The translations under genes were made by a program, and so were the position numbers. A stretch of 32,000 nucleotides of DNA. Origin: Pyrodictium delaneyi. Lineage in GTDB: Archaea > Thermoproteota > Thermoprotei_A > Sulfolobales > Pyrodictiaceae. The notes under the pieces are model-generated. The model was given only the letters and a program-made list of their open reading frames with translations. It ran no database searches and had not been told where the DNA came from. Numbering within the stretch: position 1 is the first letter of the stretch; the number at the start of each line of letters is the position of its first letter. The stretch lies in contig NZ_CP013011.1 of NCBI RefSeq assembly GCF_001412615.1, forward strand, positions 1,920,001 to 1,952,000, read 5' to 3'. This document shows, piece by piece, positions 8,564-19,071 of the stretch.

Positions 8564-8791
8564 CTACCTCTTTCCCCGGTCCTCGCGTATCAGCCTAGCA
8601 ATCTCCTCGTCAGGTATATGAGAGACCTTGCTGCTCAGCGCTCTAGCCTTCGCCTCGATCTCCTCAAGCATGCGCTTCCTAACCTCCTCCTCTAGAGCCC
8701 TCCTAATTACTGGGCCGGGTTTAACCCCGTACCTATCGAGCAGCTCCTTCAACCTACGGGGGATCTTAGCAGAAACAGTGACATAGCCCAC
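8564..8791 (-). CDS. vapB: VapB-type antitoxin (ribbon-helix-helix-like)
   Basis: 75 aa with the pattern VTVSAKIPRRLKELLDRYG...VIRRALEEEV. It lies immediately upstream of vapC on the same strand. Confidence 0.65.
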   Translation of the reverse strand: MGYVTVSAKIPRRLKELLDRYGVKPGPVIRRALEEEVRKRMLEEIEAKARALSSKVSHIPDEEIARLIREDRGKR

Positions 8792-9258
8792 AAACCCCCA
8801 CCCCGGGGTACCACCTACAGGTGAACCACGTATAAGGTCTACCCACTACCAGTCTACCGAGCGGCCGCCCCAGCTACAGGTCACGCGCCCGCCTAGCCAT
8901 CATGACCCGGAGACAACACTCGTAGCTCGCTCAGAGCCTGAGGCGTAGCGGGGACAGGAGCTAGAGCTACAGGAATTTGCCGCTACACTTAATTCACTAC
9001 ATATAGATGCACAATTGAGTCGCCATCTCTCCTGAACTAGGCTACGACTTCCAGCACCTCTAACCAAGCATCGAAAGGGATCCGTGGGAGATACTAGAGA
9101 AAAGGCGGTAGGAAGCTCTTTACCGAAGACGTACTCCTAGCTCTACATGTAACATAATCTACACAGAGCCATAAACGGATAAAACGAGATATACAAGCTA
9201 CTAGGCTACTAGCTGCTGGAAAGACCGGGTACAAAGAGCTCGCGCAGCAGCACAGCTG

Positions 9259-9990
9259 TTACCCCTGCTCCCACAGTCTCTTCCGCTCCTCGTACTCGTC
9301 CCGGGACATGATCGGACGGGCCGGGACACCAGCTACTACAGTCCCAGGAGGCACGTCTCTGGTCACCACGCTCCCGGCAGCTACCACAGCCCTCCGGCCA
9401 ATCCGCACCCCGGGCAGTATGACCGCGTTCGCCCCGATAACCGCCCCGTCCTCGACCACAACACCCACGAGCCTCCGCGAGGGCGGGTACTTGTCGTTCG
9501 TGAACACCGCCCGGGGGCCAATGAACACCTCGTCGCCTATCACAGTGCCAGGTGGTATGTACACGCCAGTCTCTATGCGGACACCACGGCCCACACGGAC
9601 ACGACCATCGACCACAGTAGCCGTACCCACTATCGTGCCGTCACCTATCACCGTCTCCTCCCGGATCACTACATGGTGCCCCGTCTCCACGCGGTCACCA
9701 AGCTGCACACGTTCATACACCACAGCTCCACGGCGAAGTATACAGCCACGCCCGATCACAGAGCCCTCGCTAAGAGCATCCATCTCTTCCCAGAGACTAC
9801 TGCCGGAACTACCACTGCCGGCCAGCTTCCGGAGCTTCGAGCGGACAGGATACCCTAGTACAACATTATCATCGATAAAGCTGCCCTCCCCCACCACACT
9901 GCTACCAAGCACGACAGCAGAAGGAGCCATCAGGCCCTCTACACGGGCACGCCGCGACACAAACCCGGCCAAGCCAAGCCAGCCCTCCAC
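9259..9990 (-). CDS. Left-handed beta-helix (hexapeptide-repeat) sugar N-acetyltransferase, WlbB/WbpD-like
   Basis: Repeated [LIV]G motifs: VIGDGTIVGTATVVDGRVRVGRGVRIETGVYI...VIGANAVILPGVRIGRRAVVAAGSVVTRDVPPGTVVAGVPARP. The start may instead be the Met at about 9930 (MAPSAVV). Confidence 0.7.
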   Translation of the reverse strand: MEGWLGLAGFVSRRARVEGLMAPSAVVLGSSVVGEGSFIDDNVVLGYPVRSKLRKLAGSGSSGSSLWEEMDALSEGSVIGRGCILRRGAVVYERVQLGDRVETGHHVVIREETVIGDGTIVGTATVVDGRVRVGRGVRIETGVYIPPGTVIGDEVFIGPRAVFTNDKYPPSRRLVGVVVEDGAVIGANAVILPGVRIGRRAVVAAGSVVTRDVPPGTVVAGVPARPIMSRDEYEERKRLWEQG

Positions 9991-10034
9991 AGCCTCTAGG
10001 AGGCCAATCCGACCAGAGGAGAGACATCAATGCC

Positions 10035-11492
10035 CTAAATCCTGTCACGGAGCTTAGCCAGCGCCGCCCGGGCCAAGCCCCGAGCCCACACATCAACAAA
10101 CAGGACCAGGGCCACGTAGAGCAGCAACGCACCAGCCGCCGAGGGCGCTACAGCCCAGAATGTCTCCCAGAACCGGGGCGAAGGAGCACTACGAGGAGGG
10201 AAAACTAGTGCGGCAAGAACTGCTAGCAGCGGGTAGACTATGAGGCCCCAGAGGAGGGGTCTATAGAGTACTGAGCGGATGCTCTGCGGCGCATACACGG
10301 CTAGCAGTATGAGGATTATCAGGCTACGTGCTAGGAATGCAAGCGCCCAGGCAATCGCTTCGCCGCGTCTAGTCCCCGCTAGCAGGAGCCCAGCCCCTAG
10401 TAGTACTAGGTAGCCCGCCGATGCCACTAGCAGGACAGAGTATAGGCCCGCAAGCCGTCTACCGGACCTCCCATCCTCCTCCACGAGCCCTGCTAGCAGG
10501 TTAAACACACCCATAGCTATCATGAGCGTCAGCGACGCAGCCGCCGCAATGGGGGCCGCGGGAGCCGCCCAGGAGTAGACAGGATTGAGCAGGTACACTA
10601 GATGCAGGGGGTACACCGCCGCGTAGACTAGGAGAGGGGACGCTAGGAGGGCTGCTATCCTCACCGCGTTGGCAGCGGACACGTAGTCGCGGGTAGAGAG
10701 CACAAAGCCCTGTAGGTAGACAAAGCTATTCCTAGCCGCCTCGGTGACCAGCATAAAGATGTTAGTTATCGCGAAGAACGCCGCCACTACACCGCTGCTC
10801 GAGAGCGCATAGGCCACTACAACGTCCAGCGCATGCAAGACAACAGCCGCATTGCCTATCGCCGTTACATAGGCTCTACGCATCCACTCCCAAGCTATCC
10901 CGAGTACACGGCGCAGCCCCGGCCATACGAGTACGCCGCGGCTCCGGAGCCACAAGAGCCCCAGAATCGTCACAGCCGTGTACGATGCCGCTGGGGCCGC
11001 GAAAGCACCCCCAACACCTAGCCGCATGAAGTATACCAGTACTAGCACCAGTATGCTGTACAGTAGCCGTTGCATGAGCACCGCCATGGCTACGCGTAGA
11101 GGCCGGGCAGCATCCACCGCCACACGTACACCAGTCCACACGACCATAGCCGCCGAGGCGAACGCCGCAAGCAGCGCCGTGCCAGGCTGCGCCCCCAGCT
11201 GGGCCGCCGCAGAATACCCTACTACTGCCGCTACGAGCCCCGAGGCCAGCGAGAGAAGAAGCCCGGTAGCCGCAGCACCCCGGACCCCCTGCACCGTGTA
11301 CCGGTAGAGCCAGAGCCCATAGAGCCCCGGGAGCCCCGCCGCATACCGTGTTACACGCTTCATCACAGTCTGGTAGAGCGCGTAGTCCTGGACACCGAGC
11401 CGGCGGACGAGAACCACCGAGGCCACAGCATTAACAAGCAGCGCAACCGCGTACAGCAAGCCGCGAATAAGCGTCGAAGCCAGGACCCCCAT
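10035..11492 (-). CDS. Multi-pass membrane protein, polysaccharide/oligosaccharide flippase-like (MOP/Wzx type)
   Basis: 485 aa, almost entirely hydrophobic helices with short basic loops. It is embedded in a sugar-modification operon. Confidence 0.5.
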   Translation of the reverse strand: MGVLASTLIRGLLYAVALLVNAVASVVLVRRLGVQDYALYQTVMKRVTRYAAGLPGLYGLWLYRYTVQGVRGAAATGLLLSLASGLVAAVVGYSAAAQLGAQPGTALLAAFASAAMVVWTGVRVAVDAARPLRVAMAVLMQRLLYSILVLVLVYFMRLGVGGAFAAPAASYTAVTILGLLWLRSRGVLVWPGLRRVLGIAWEWMRRAYVTAIGNAAVVLHALDVVVAYALSSSGVVAAFFAITNIFMLVTEAARNSFVYLQGFVLSTRDYVSAANAVRIAALLASPLLVYAAVYPLHLVYLLNPVYSWAAPAAPIAAAASLTLMIAMGVFNLLAGLVEEDGRSGRRLAGLYSVLLVASAGYLVLLGAGLLLAGTRRGEAIAWALAFLARSLIILILLAVYAPQSIRSVLYRPLLWGLIVYPLLAVLAALVFPPRSAPSPRFWETFWAVAPSAAGALLLYVALVLFVDVWARGLARAALAKLRDRI

Positions 11493-11523
11493 GCCGCCGC
11501 TGCGCCCCCGAGGCCGGCAGCCC

Positions 11524-12636
11524 CTAGAGCCCTAGCAGAGCCTTAGGCTCATCCCCGACCGCCTCCCGGTACCGCATATAGCCCCTGAGGGACTTCTCGA
11601 CATACCCCCTGTAGCCCTGGTAGACATCATACTCGTCCAGAGCCAGCTCACCGCCCAGCCGCGCCGAGGCGAGGACAGCCGCACAGACAAGCATAGCCGC
11701 GAAACCCTGGTATATGTCCACCAGCGGCTCTCTACCATGTGCAAACGAGGCTAGAAGGACTAGGTCCTCCAGGTACAGAGGCTCCTCACGGGCAACACGT
11801 ATCAGCGACTCCTCCTCCGGCGTGTAGACCCGCAGCTCCTGCCCCATATAGTCCAGGTAGGCTACTCCACGCGATCCCGTAAGGTAGAGCACCCTCTGCT
11901 TGAACGGCGTTATCCGGTTCACCTCAAGGCTAGCGAAGCCCCCGCGGAACCCGAGAACCATCAACGCGTAGTCGTTGAGATCAGTGACGATACTCCGGAG
12001 AGTATAAGCGCGCACCGTCTCGGGGAGAGAGCCAGTCAACGCAAGCGCATTGTCCACCTCGTGCACGCCTAGGTCGTAGACCACGTCCGTGTCGCCCGCA
12101 CGTGGCGCGAAGGGCCCCACACGGCGAGCCGCGATAGTCAATATGTCCCCAAGCCTGCCCCTAGCCGCGAGCCGGTGGAGGCTCCACACCGCCGGGTTAA
12201 ACCTCTCCACGTGCCCCACAGAGGCCCAGACACCAGCCTCCTCGACCCGCTCGACAAGCCGGATAGCCTCCTCGATGTCCGCAGTAAGAGGCTTCTCCAC
12301 CAAGAGGCCCCCAACACCACGGTCGAGCAGCTCGAGCACCACACGGAGATGGTGCCGCGTCGGCACCGCGACTATCGCGAAATCAGCGCCACCCCGGGGG
12401 ATATCCCTTACAGAGCGCAGCGGCTCGCCGCCATAACGGGCCGCAGCAAGCCTAGCCCTCTCAAGATCCACATCAACTATGTATGCTAGCTCGACGAGCC
12501 CCGGGTACTCGCCAGCAATACGCCTCACAACCCTAGCATGGGCAGAGCCCATGTAACCAGCGCCGACTACAGCAACCCTCACGGTCATCAGCGCCACCAG
12601 AGACGGAAGCCGGAGAGACTTGGAGGGCCAGGACAC
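11524..12636 (-). CDS. Gfo/Idh/MocA-family NAD-dependent sugar oxidoreductase, WlbA/WbpB-like
   Basis: Rossmann motif VRVAVVGAGYMGSAH and an EKP motif (LLVEKPLT). The start is probably at Met17, about 12588 (MTVRVAVVG). Confidence 0.7.
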   Translation of the reverse strand: MSWPSKSLRLPSLVALMTVRVAVVGAGYMGSAHARVVRRIAGEYPGLVELAYIVDVDLERARLAAARYGGEPLRSVRDIPRGGADFAIVAVPTRHHLRVVLELLDRGVGGLLVEKPLTADIEEAIRLVERVEEAGVWASVGHVERFNPAVWSLHRLAARGRLGDILTIAARRVGPFAPRAGDTDVVYDLGVHEVDNALALTGSLPETVRAYTLRSIVTDLNDYALMVLGFRGGFASLEVNRITPFKQRVLYLTGSRGVAYLDYMGQELRVYTPEEESLIRVAREEPLYLEDLVLLASFAHGREPLVDIYQGFAAMLVCAAVLASARLGGELALDEYDVYQGYRGYVEKSLRGYMRYREAVGDEPKALLGL

Positions 12637-12657
12637 TCCTCCCTAGCCGGCTCCTTC

Positions 12658-13644
12658 TTAGAGCCTATGCCTCCCCTCAGCGAAGCTGACGGCTATCCGG
12701 GCTATGGTCTCGCCGCCGTTAGGATAGCTCGGCGGCTCCAGTTTCTCGGCGAGCTCTAATCCCCTACGGAGGAGGCTTGGCGAGGCACGGGGGAGGAGTA
12801 TTGCGCGGAGCCGCCGAGCGTAGTAAACTGCATCGGCTATACTCGCCGCGAGTGGTAGGCCGGGGTTAACCACCATGACCACGGGCTTCCGGTACGCGAG
12901 AGCCGCCGTAGCCGCGGTGGATCCCGGGAACTGTGTTACAACGATACTAGCACCGGCGAGCCAGCGGTGAAAGTCCGGGTCGAAGTCGAACACTATCCAT
13001 CCAGGGTTGCGCTTCTGGTAGGGCTCTGGGTCTACACGCCCCGTCTGGAGGACTACGCGGCGTAAGCCAAGCCTCTCCACCGCGTCGAAGAGCCCCCGGA
13101 ACCCTATGGTGCCGGCTGTTACGAGCACGTAGCCCTCGTCGCGCGGCTTATACCGGGGCGGCTCGTAGACAGGCCCCGTCACGACCGCATCCGGGTAGAG
13201 CCTGCGCTGCTCCGGCCAATGCACCAGCGTAGCAGCGGAAAACGGGCGCAGAATACGGGCCGCCTTAGCGGGCACTGTAAACCTGTCAATACTCTCAAGG
13301 TTGAGCAACAGAGCGCCACGCAGCCGCGAGACAAGAGCAGGTAAGACACTATGATTACTACCAGTGCTCACGAAGACCCGGCAGCGGGGGAGCCGCAGCG
13401 AGTCAACCAGCGCCAGAGGCCAACGGGGAAGCGTCCTGCCAAGAGGCTCGCCAGCACGCCGCGGCATAGCAGCCTCCACTACATCACCTAGCCTCCGGAG
13501 CCGCTCCACGGCAAGCCGGTCGCCCCGGGCGACAACGAACAAGGGTCTATACCCCATACGGGCCAGAAAGAACCCAATAGAGTAGGCAAACCCCATGTGC
13601 CCTCCGGGGGCCGCCGAGATGCAGACCCCTGCTTCCGTCTGCAA
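12658..13644 (-). CDS. GT-B glycosyltransferase of the MurG / Alg14-Alg13 type (candidate Agl24-like chitobiose-forming enzyme)
   Basis: N-terminal CISAAPGGHMG (a GGH motif). The C-terminal half, VLVTAGTIGF...ASIVVTQFPGSTAATAALAYRKPVVMVVNP, resembles the Glyco_tran_28_C/Alg13 nucleotide-sugar binding half. The assignment rests on motif resemblance only. Confidence 0.5.
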   Translation of the reverse strand: MQTEAGVCISAAPGGHMGFAYSIGFFLARMGYRPLFVVARGDRLAVERLRRLGDVVEAAMPRRAGEPLGRTLPRWPLALVDSLRLPRCRVFVSTGSNHSVLPALVSRLRGALLLNLESIDRFTVPAKAARILRPFSAATLVHWPEQRRLYPDAVVTGPVYEPPRYKPRDEGYVLVTAGTIGFRGLFDAVERLGLRRVVLQTGRVDPEPYQKRNPGWIVFDFDPDFHRWLAGASIVVTQFPGSTAATAALAYRKPVVMVVNPGLPLAASIADAVYYARRLRAILLPRASPSLLRRGLELAEKLEPPSYPNGGETIARIAVSFAEGRHRL

Positions 13645-13650
13645 CCCTTT

Positions 13651-15144
13651 CTACAGCCCCCGCGCGAGACGCTTACCAATACGGGCTATCACACGGTAGC
13701 TCCTCCGGCCAAGCCTCCCAGGATCCACACCCTCCAGCAACGGCTCGCCATCGAACTCCGGGTCCAAGGGAAGCCCGAGGAAAGCCAACACAGTGGGCAC
13801 GATATCTGCCGTTGAAGGAAGCCTATCCCCTGGAAGCCTCACCCCCACGTCGCCATCATTGGTATAGAGCGCTAACATGCCACGGCTAGAGTGCACATAC
13901 CACCGGCCATCCTCTACAACACGGCGATACATAAGCTTCGTAGTCACGTTGAACCCGTCCCGGGGAATAACCACGACATCCGGAGCACGGCCCACATAGG
14001 GGCCCCAGAAGAACCGGTCACCATACTCCACCACAGAGAGCATATCACTATACCTCCTAAACGCCTCGAGAACAGTAGAGCGAACCCGCTGCCTCACCTC
14101 CCGGCCAAGCCGAGGGTTAACATACACGTTATACGATGTCGTCATGAACGCCATGCTAGACGAGTAGTCAACCGGCAGACTACTCATCATAAACGGCTCA
14201 GCAGCACCCACCTTCCTCACCAGGAAGGCCAACGAGCTATACTTGAGCCTAGACTTAAGCCACGACGGAAGCAGACGAGCAACACTAAGCAACAACCGAG
14301 AACGCAACGAGAGCCCCGACTCCCGGCGCTTTAGCAGCCCAAGCCTCTCAAGCAACACGTTCCCGTTAACGGCCCTCCTGGCAACAGCAAACCCGTGGTC
14401 GGAACACAAGACCACGAAACTGTTATCCGGCAAATTCTCGAAGACAAGCCTAAGTACCCGATCAATACGCTCAAACACCCTCAACGCACGCCGTCCACGT
14501 CTACTCCCCTCCAGTATGTCGCCGTAGAGGTAGTGGAAAACCCAGTCAGGCTCCGGCAGCATAAAGTAGAACAGACGCCACCGACGCCGCGTATAATAGT
14601 ACTCTATAAGCTCAGCCTTCCTCTCCAAGCCCTCCACAATAGAGTCCACATAACCCTCCAGGTCACCCGGGCTAGGCGGACCCTCAGCCACACCAAACCT
14701 CCTAGCAATCTCCTCCTCACCTGGAGGCCACGCCCGGAGCCTCGGTGTAAGCCACCCAGAGACAACAACATTGTTACTCCGGACAAACGGGGGATAGGCA
14801 AAAGGAACACCAAGCACAATGGACTCTAGGCCAGATGTTGCAGTAATCTCGTTAACAAGGGGACGCTCAACCATAGCCTTAGTAACCGGCCTAAGCTCGG
14901 AATGATCCACGTCCACATAGAAGAAGTCAAAGACGCCATGCTTTCCAGGGTTAACACCAGTACTGATACTAACCCAGCTAGGCGCCGTAAGCGGCACAAA
15001 CACATTACTCTCCGAGACTACCAGCCTAGACCATACAGACCTCGTAAACGGCATTACACCATTCTCGAAAACTAAATCGAATATGGACAAAGGCATACCA
15101 TCAAGCCCGATAACTATGGTATTTCTCAGCGTCTGGCCATTCAT
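13651..15144 (-). CDS. Alkaline-phosphatase superfamily protein, type I phosphodiesterase/nucleotide pyrophosphatase-like (paralog 1)
   Basis: IVIGLDGMP (metal Asp), LTAPSWVSISTGVNPGKHGVFDFF (nucleophile Thr/Ser segment), VVLCSDHGF and C-terminal DIVPTVLAFLGLPL. It is the first gene of the 15144->9259 operon. Confidence 0.7.
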   Translation of the reverse strand: MNGQTLRNTIVIGLDGMPLSIFDLVFENGVMPFTRSVWSRLVVSESNVFVPLTAPSWVSISTGVNPGKHGVFDFFYVDVDHSELRPVTKAMVERPLVNEITATSGLESIVLGVPFAYPPFVRSNNVVVSGWLTPRLRAWPPGEEEIARRFGVAEGPPSPGDLEGYVDSIVEGLERKAELIEYYYTRRRWRLFYFMLPEPDWVFHYLYGDILEGSRRGRRALRVFERIDRVLRLVFENLPDNSFVVLCSDHGFAVARRAVNGNVLLERLGLLKRRESGLSLRSRLLLSVARLLPSWLKSRLKYSSLAFLVRKVGAAEPFMMSSLPVDYSSSMAFMTTSYNVYVNPRLGREVRQRVRSTVLEAFRRYSDMLSVVEYGDRFFWGPYVGRAPDVVVIPRDGFNVTTKLMYRRVVEDGRWYVHSSRGMLALYTNDGDVGVRLPGDRLPSTADIVPTVLAFLGLPLDPEFDGEPLLEGVDPGRLGRRSYRVIARIGKRLARGL

Positions 15145-15526
15145 GTCCGCCGCCGTAGTTAACCATGCAAATCACACGTTATAAACCAGACATAAGGTTG
15201 AGTCTTGCCTTACTATAACATACAGTTAACTGTAGCCATAATCTAAAATAACAATAATTATTTATTATTATATATTTTTAACATATACTATCTATAGTTC
15301 AGACTTAAAAACGTAACCTATAGCATTATTAACATAAACTTAATGATAAATATAACCAGAAAGATAGCCAGCTTACTCTTCACTAATAACCTGATTTATG
15401 CAATATTATAGTCCTAGTACTAGATTATTCATGTATACTTAACATTATTCATTATAAGGGTAAACAAGTTGAATCCCAACCTGGTGAACCAACAAGAATT
15501 GACAAAGACGACTCTACGGTGAAATA

Positions 15527-16378
15527 ATGAATTTACTTATCATTGTACCTGCAAAGAATGAAGAAAAATTTCTGCCATACGCACTAAAAAGTATAGTAAG
15601 GAATGTTAATAAGCTGAAATACGATATCAATGTAACTGTAATAGTAGTTGATGATGCAAGCACAGATAGGACTCCAGAAATAATTAGACAATTCTCTCAT
15701 AAATATAAGTTTATAAAACACGTAAGGATCAATGTAACTAGAGAGTATGATTCAAGCATTGGCCTCGTACGCGCAATAAGAGCGGGTCTCATATATGCAG
15801 AGAAAGTGTTGAACATTAATTGGAATTACTTTATGCAAGTAGATGCTGATACAGTACTCCTATCAAATTATATAGACAAATTACTAAGTGTAATGACAGC
15901 ATACGATCACATAGGCATAGCAGGCGGTGTATCTATAAATGCACATCAATCAAATCTACATATCCATAACACTGGGATGATAATAAGGAAAGAAGCCTGG
16001 ACAGCATGTAGAGGTTACAAGCCTTTGCCGTCTCCTGACACAATAATACAGCTATGTGTCCTAAGCAAGGGCTGGAAGGTAGCCATTGTAAAGCAAGCCA
16101 AGATGTATTTCTTACGCCCTGTAAGACTCAACCCCTACAAGGTAGGATTAGCTGATAAAATCACCGGAGTCAGTTTCCCATACTCAATAATCAAGTCAAC
16201 AAGGTTATCAATATCCAATAGAAGTTTCAGCTGCATAAAAGACTACTTCGCAGGCTACATTTCTGCTCGCAGGATAAATATAGAATGTAGAGACAGAATT
16301 ACAAGGTATCGGAGAATTATAGAAAAGCTGAGGATAAAAGAAATGCTACACAGGTACATTGCACATGTGAACATATAA
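15527..16378 (+). CDS. Family 2 glycosyltransferase
   Basis: LIIVPAKNEEKFLPYAL...VIVVDDASTDRTPEII and a DXD-like QVDADT motif. Confidence 0.7.
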   Translation: MNLLIIVPAKNEEKFLPYALKSIVRNVNKLKYDINVTVIVVDDASTDRTPEIIRQFSHKYKFIKHVRINVTREYDSSIGLVRAIRAGLIYAEKVLNINWNYFMQVDADTVLLSNYIDKLLSVMTAYDHIGIAGGVSINAHQSNLHIHNTGMIIRKEAWTACRGYKPLPSPDTIIQLCVLSKGWKVAIVKQAKMYFLRPVRLNPYKVGLADKITGVSFPYSIIKSTRLSISNRSFSCIKDYFAGYISARRINIECRDRITRYRRIIEKLRIKEMLHRYIAHVNI

Positions 16379-16422
16379 AGTTAACTATGACCCTATACAT
16401 ATTGCTTGGGGAACTACAACAC

Positions 16423-17400
16423 TTATAGTCTCCGCGCGTAATAGTTTATCGTCTCCATAAGCCCCTTCTCTAATGTCACGGAAGGACGCCATCCTAGTTC
16501 TCTTTCAGCTTTCTCTATACTTGCTACGCTTCTTCTTACATCACTAGGTCTTGGTGGATAATGCCTAGGCTTGGGACAATAGCCAATAATATTACATATT
16601 ATACGATACAGTTCAAGTATGCTGGTCTCCCGTCCTGAGCCAATATTATAAACGCCGTTGACATGCTGTTGTAACGCCTTGATGTTTGCTTCTGCAACAT
16701 CCTCTACATATACAAAATCTCGGGTCTGCTTACCATCACCATATATGATGGGCTGGCGCCTCTCAAGCAGAGCCTCTATAAATTTGTAAACTACACCTGC
16801 ATAGGGCCCCGGTTTCATACCTGGCCCGTATACATTAAAGTACCTAAGCACGACTGTACTAAGACCATAATCTCTAGCATATCCCTGAACAAGTGCTTCA
16901 CCCGCAAGCTTTGTCGCCCCATACAGGTTCACAGGATCCTTAGGATGATCCTCATCTATAGGTACATATCTAGGTTCGCCATACACTGCTGCACTCGAGG
17001 CATAAACAAACCGGGCAGCATCGATCCTCCGTGCCAACTCAAGTACACTAAATGTCCCTTCCACATTACTGGTATATCCCTGAACCGGATTGCCACGAAC
17101 CTCGGTCACACCAACAACGGCCGCTAAATGAATAATCCCAGTAGCACCTGGAACAACTAGTCTACTAATCCTATCCCAAAGCATTTCAAACCGTGACACG
17201 TCAACATTTAGTATCATCAATACCTCTCGACCACAATGCTTATATAATTCATTAATACTTTGTCGAGTATGAAGATCAACTACCAATATTCGTAGTCCAT
17301 CTTCAACTATATGCTGCATGCTACATAGTCTCTTCACTGTATTACTTCCTATGAATCCAGCTCCACCTGTCACAACAATAGTTTCCAGTTCATCCTTCAA
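16423..17400 (-). CDS. NAD-dependent nucleotide-sugar epimerase/dehydratase (GalE-like SDR)
   Basis: VTGGAGFIGSN Rossmann motif and the YGATKLAGE catalytic YxxxK. 325 aa. Confidence 0.8.
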   Translation of the reverse strand: MKDELETIVVTGGAGFIGSNTVKRLCSMQHIVEDGLRILVVDLHTRQSINELYKHCGREVLMILNVDVSRFEMLWDRISRLVVPGATGIIHLAAVVGVTEVRGNPVQGYTSNVEGTFSVLELARRIDAARFVYASSAAVYGEPRYVPIDEDHPKDPVNLYGATKLAGEALVQGYARDYGLSTVVLRYFNVYGPGMKPGPYAGVVYKFIEALLERRQPIIYGDGKQTRDFVYVEDVAEANIKALQQHVNGVYNIGSGRETSILELYRIICNIIGYCPKPRHYPPRPSDVRRSVASIEKAERELGWRPSVTLEKGLMETINYYARRL

Positions 17401-17466
17401 TTTACTTACCCCTCATTAGCATCATAGGAACTTATTCAATACTCTTGCTCTCTCATATAGGTATGT

Positions 17467-19002
17467 CTAAATCACATCTTTGATCTTACGCATAATTTTG
17501 AAACGACTACTATAATTAAATTTATCTTTAAGTATAAAATCATCTATATTAATAAGCTCAATTAGAGGTCTACCGTCACTATCGTGTGGAAGTGGCAAAC
17601 CAAGATAACTAAGCACAGTCGGGACTATATCATACATGGTAACATTTACTTCATTACCAGGCACTACATTATCCCCATAAAATGCTATCAACGCATGTGT
17701 ATCATGTTCTCCAACGAATTTACTATATACTGGTTCTGCATAGATCCTTGTATCAAATATAACGTCACTTTGAGGTATTAGTATTAGATCGGGCGCCAGA
17801 TTAGCATACCGTCCCCAGAATATGTTTCTACCATATGTTATTTTCTTAATATACTTAACATGCTTGAGTAGTGATTTAACCATAGTAATGTATTCATCCT
17901 TCACATAAACGCCCCAGTTTCCGGTCTCTAACATAAACGCAGAACTCCGAGAGTAATCTATCTCCATGGAGATAGGTATTATTGGAGCTATTTTCATCAA
18001 TATACCTGACGGTACAACTTTTTTTAACATATTTACTGTATTATTAATAGCCATATTTATAATCTTACTAAATTTATGACTAATGGTACTATTCTCATTG
18101 TCACTAGATGCTTGTGCTAGGAACGTACTTTTGTTTAATAATTTGCCAAAATTAAGCTTATATTTAAAGGCTATTAATTTATTTTCATATAGTATCCTGT
18201 TTATGCTTACAATAGTCTGTGCAGTCGTAAATCCATGGTCACTTACGAGAATAACCATATTACAAGTATTAATTGCCCTATGTATGAAAGTATCTATAAT
18301 ACTTAATATTTTGCTAACATAACTTATTTCTTTACCGTTAATAATCTCTGGTATGCGATGCATGAGCCAATCAAGTTCACTAAATACCACAATGAAGAGG
18401 TTATAGTTCTCTTGTTCGAGGAGATCATAGTACATGTTAATTCTAGTTTTAAGGAATTCCTCAACCTTATATGCATATTTCTTGTTATCAGTTGCTAGTG
18501 ACCAATTATGCGGTGGGTTTACTAAGTATTCTTTGTATTTACTATCGTAACTCTTAGGATGGATAAACTGACTTGGCGACGCCCAGTCACTTACTACAAT
18601 AACGTTTTTCAGTCCAATTAGACCGTGAACTGGATATACCAGTGGCACGTTTATAATAACACTTTTCATATTAAACATTGTAAGCATTTCAAAAATTCTA
18701 GGATACTTAATGTCGTATGAACTAGCTAATGTTACAGTAAAATTTTTGTTTTTATTTTTTATTACTTTATAAAAGCCATATATACCATGTTTGCCAGGAT
18801 TTACTCCAGTAAAGATACTCGTCCAAGCCGACGGAGTATAAGGTGGAATAGAGCTAAAAGTTGAACTAAATCCTTTATTAATTATCTTCGATATATTATT
18901 TAATGGTAGCTTATTAAGAAATAAACGTATATTATGCAGACCGACGCCATCTAACCCGATTATGCATACCTTTTTTGTTTCCACCATATTAAGTTCCACC
19001 AC
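17467..19002 (-). CDS. Alkaline-phosphatase superfamily protein, type I phosphodiesterase/nucleotide pyrophosphatase-like (paralog 2, AT-rich version)
   Basis: CIIGLDGVG, YTPSAWTSIFTGVNPGKHGIYGFY, VILVSDHGF and DIVPTVLSYLGLPLPHDSDGRPL. It is colinear with paralog 1. The start is probably the ATG at 18987 (MVETKK). Confidence 0.7.
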   Translation of the reverse strand: MVELNMVETKKVCIIGLDGVGLHNIRLFLNKLPLNNISKIINKGFSSTFSSIPPYTPSAWTSIFTGVNPGKHGIYGFYKVIKNKNKNFTVTLASSYDIKYPRIFEMLTMFNMKSVIINVPLVYPVHGLIGLKNVIVVSDWASPSQFIHPKSYDSKYKEYLVNPPHNWSLATDNKKYAYKVEEFLKTRINMYYDLLEQENYNLFIVVFSELDWLMHRIPEIINGKEISYVSKILSIIDTFIHRAINTCNMVILVSDHGFTTAQTIVSINRILYENKLIAFKYKLNFGKLLNKSTFLAQASSDNENSTISHKFSKIINMAINNTVNMLKKVVPSGILMKIAPIIPISMEIDYSRSSAFMLETGNWGVYVKDEYITMVKSLLKHVKYIKKITYGRNIFWGRYANLAPDLILIPQSDVIFDTRIYAEPVYSKFVGEHDTHALIAFYGDNVVPGNEVNVTMYDIVPTVLSYLGLPLPHDSDGRPLIELINIDDFILKDKFNYSSRFKIMRKIKDVI

Positions 19003-19071
19003 ACAATCATTATTTTTATTTTAATTATTTTAAATTATAGATTGTCTCTACTAATATTAATTATTTAATAT

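Noticed and set aside
9308-10057. 249-aa + strand ORF
   Set aside because: It is antisense to the hexapeptide acetyltransferase. Its Thr/Pro/Ser-rich product is the mirror image of the Gly/Val repeat codons.
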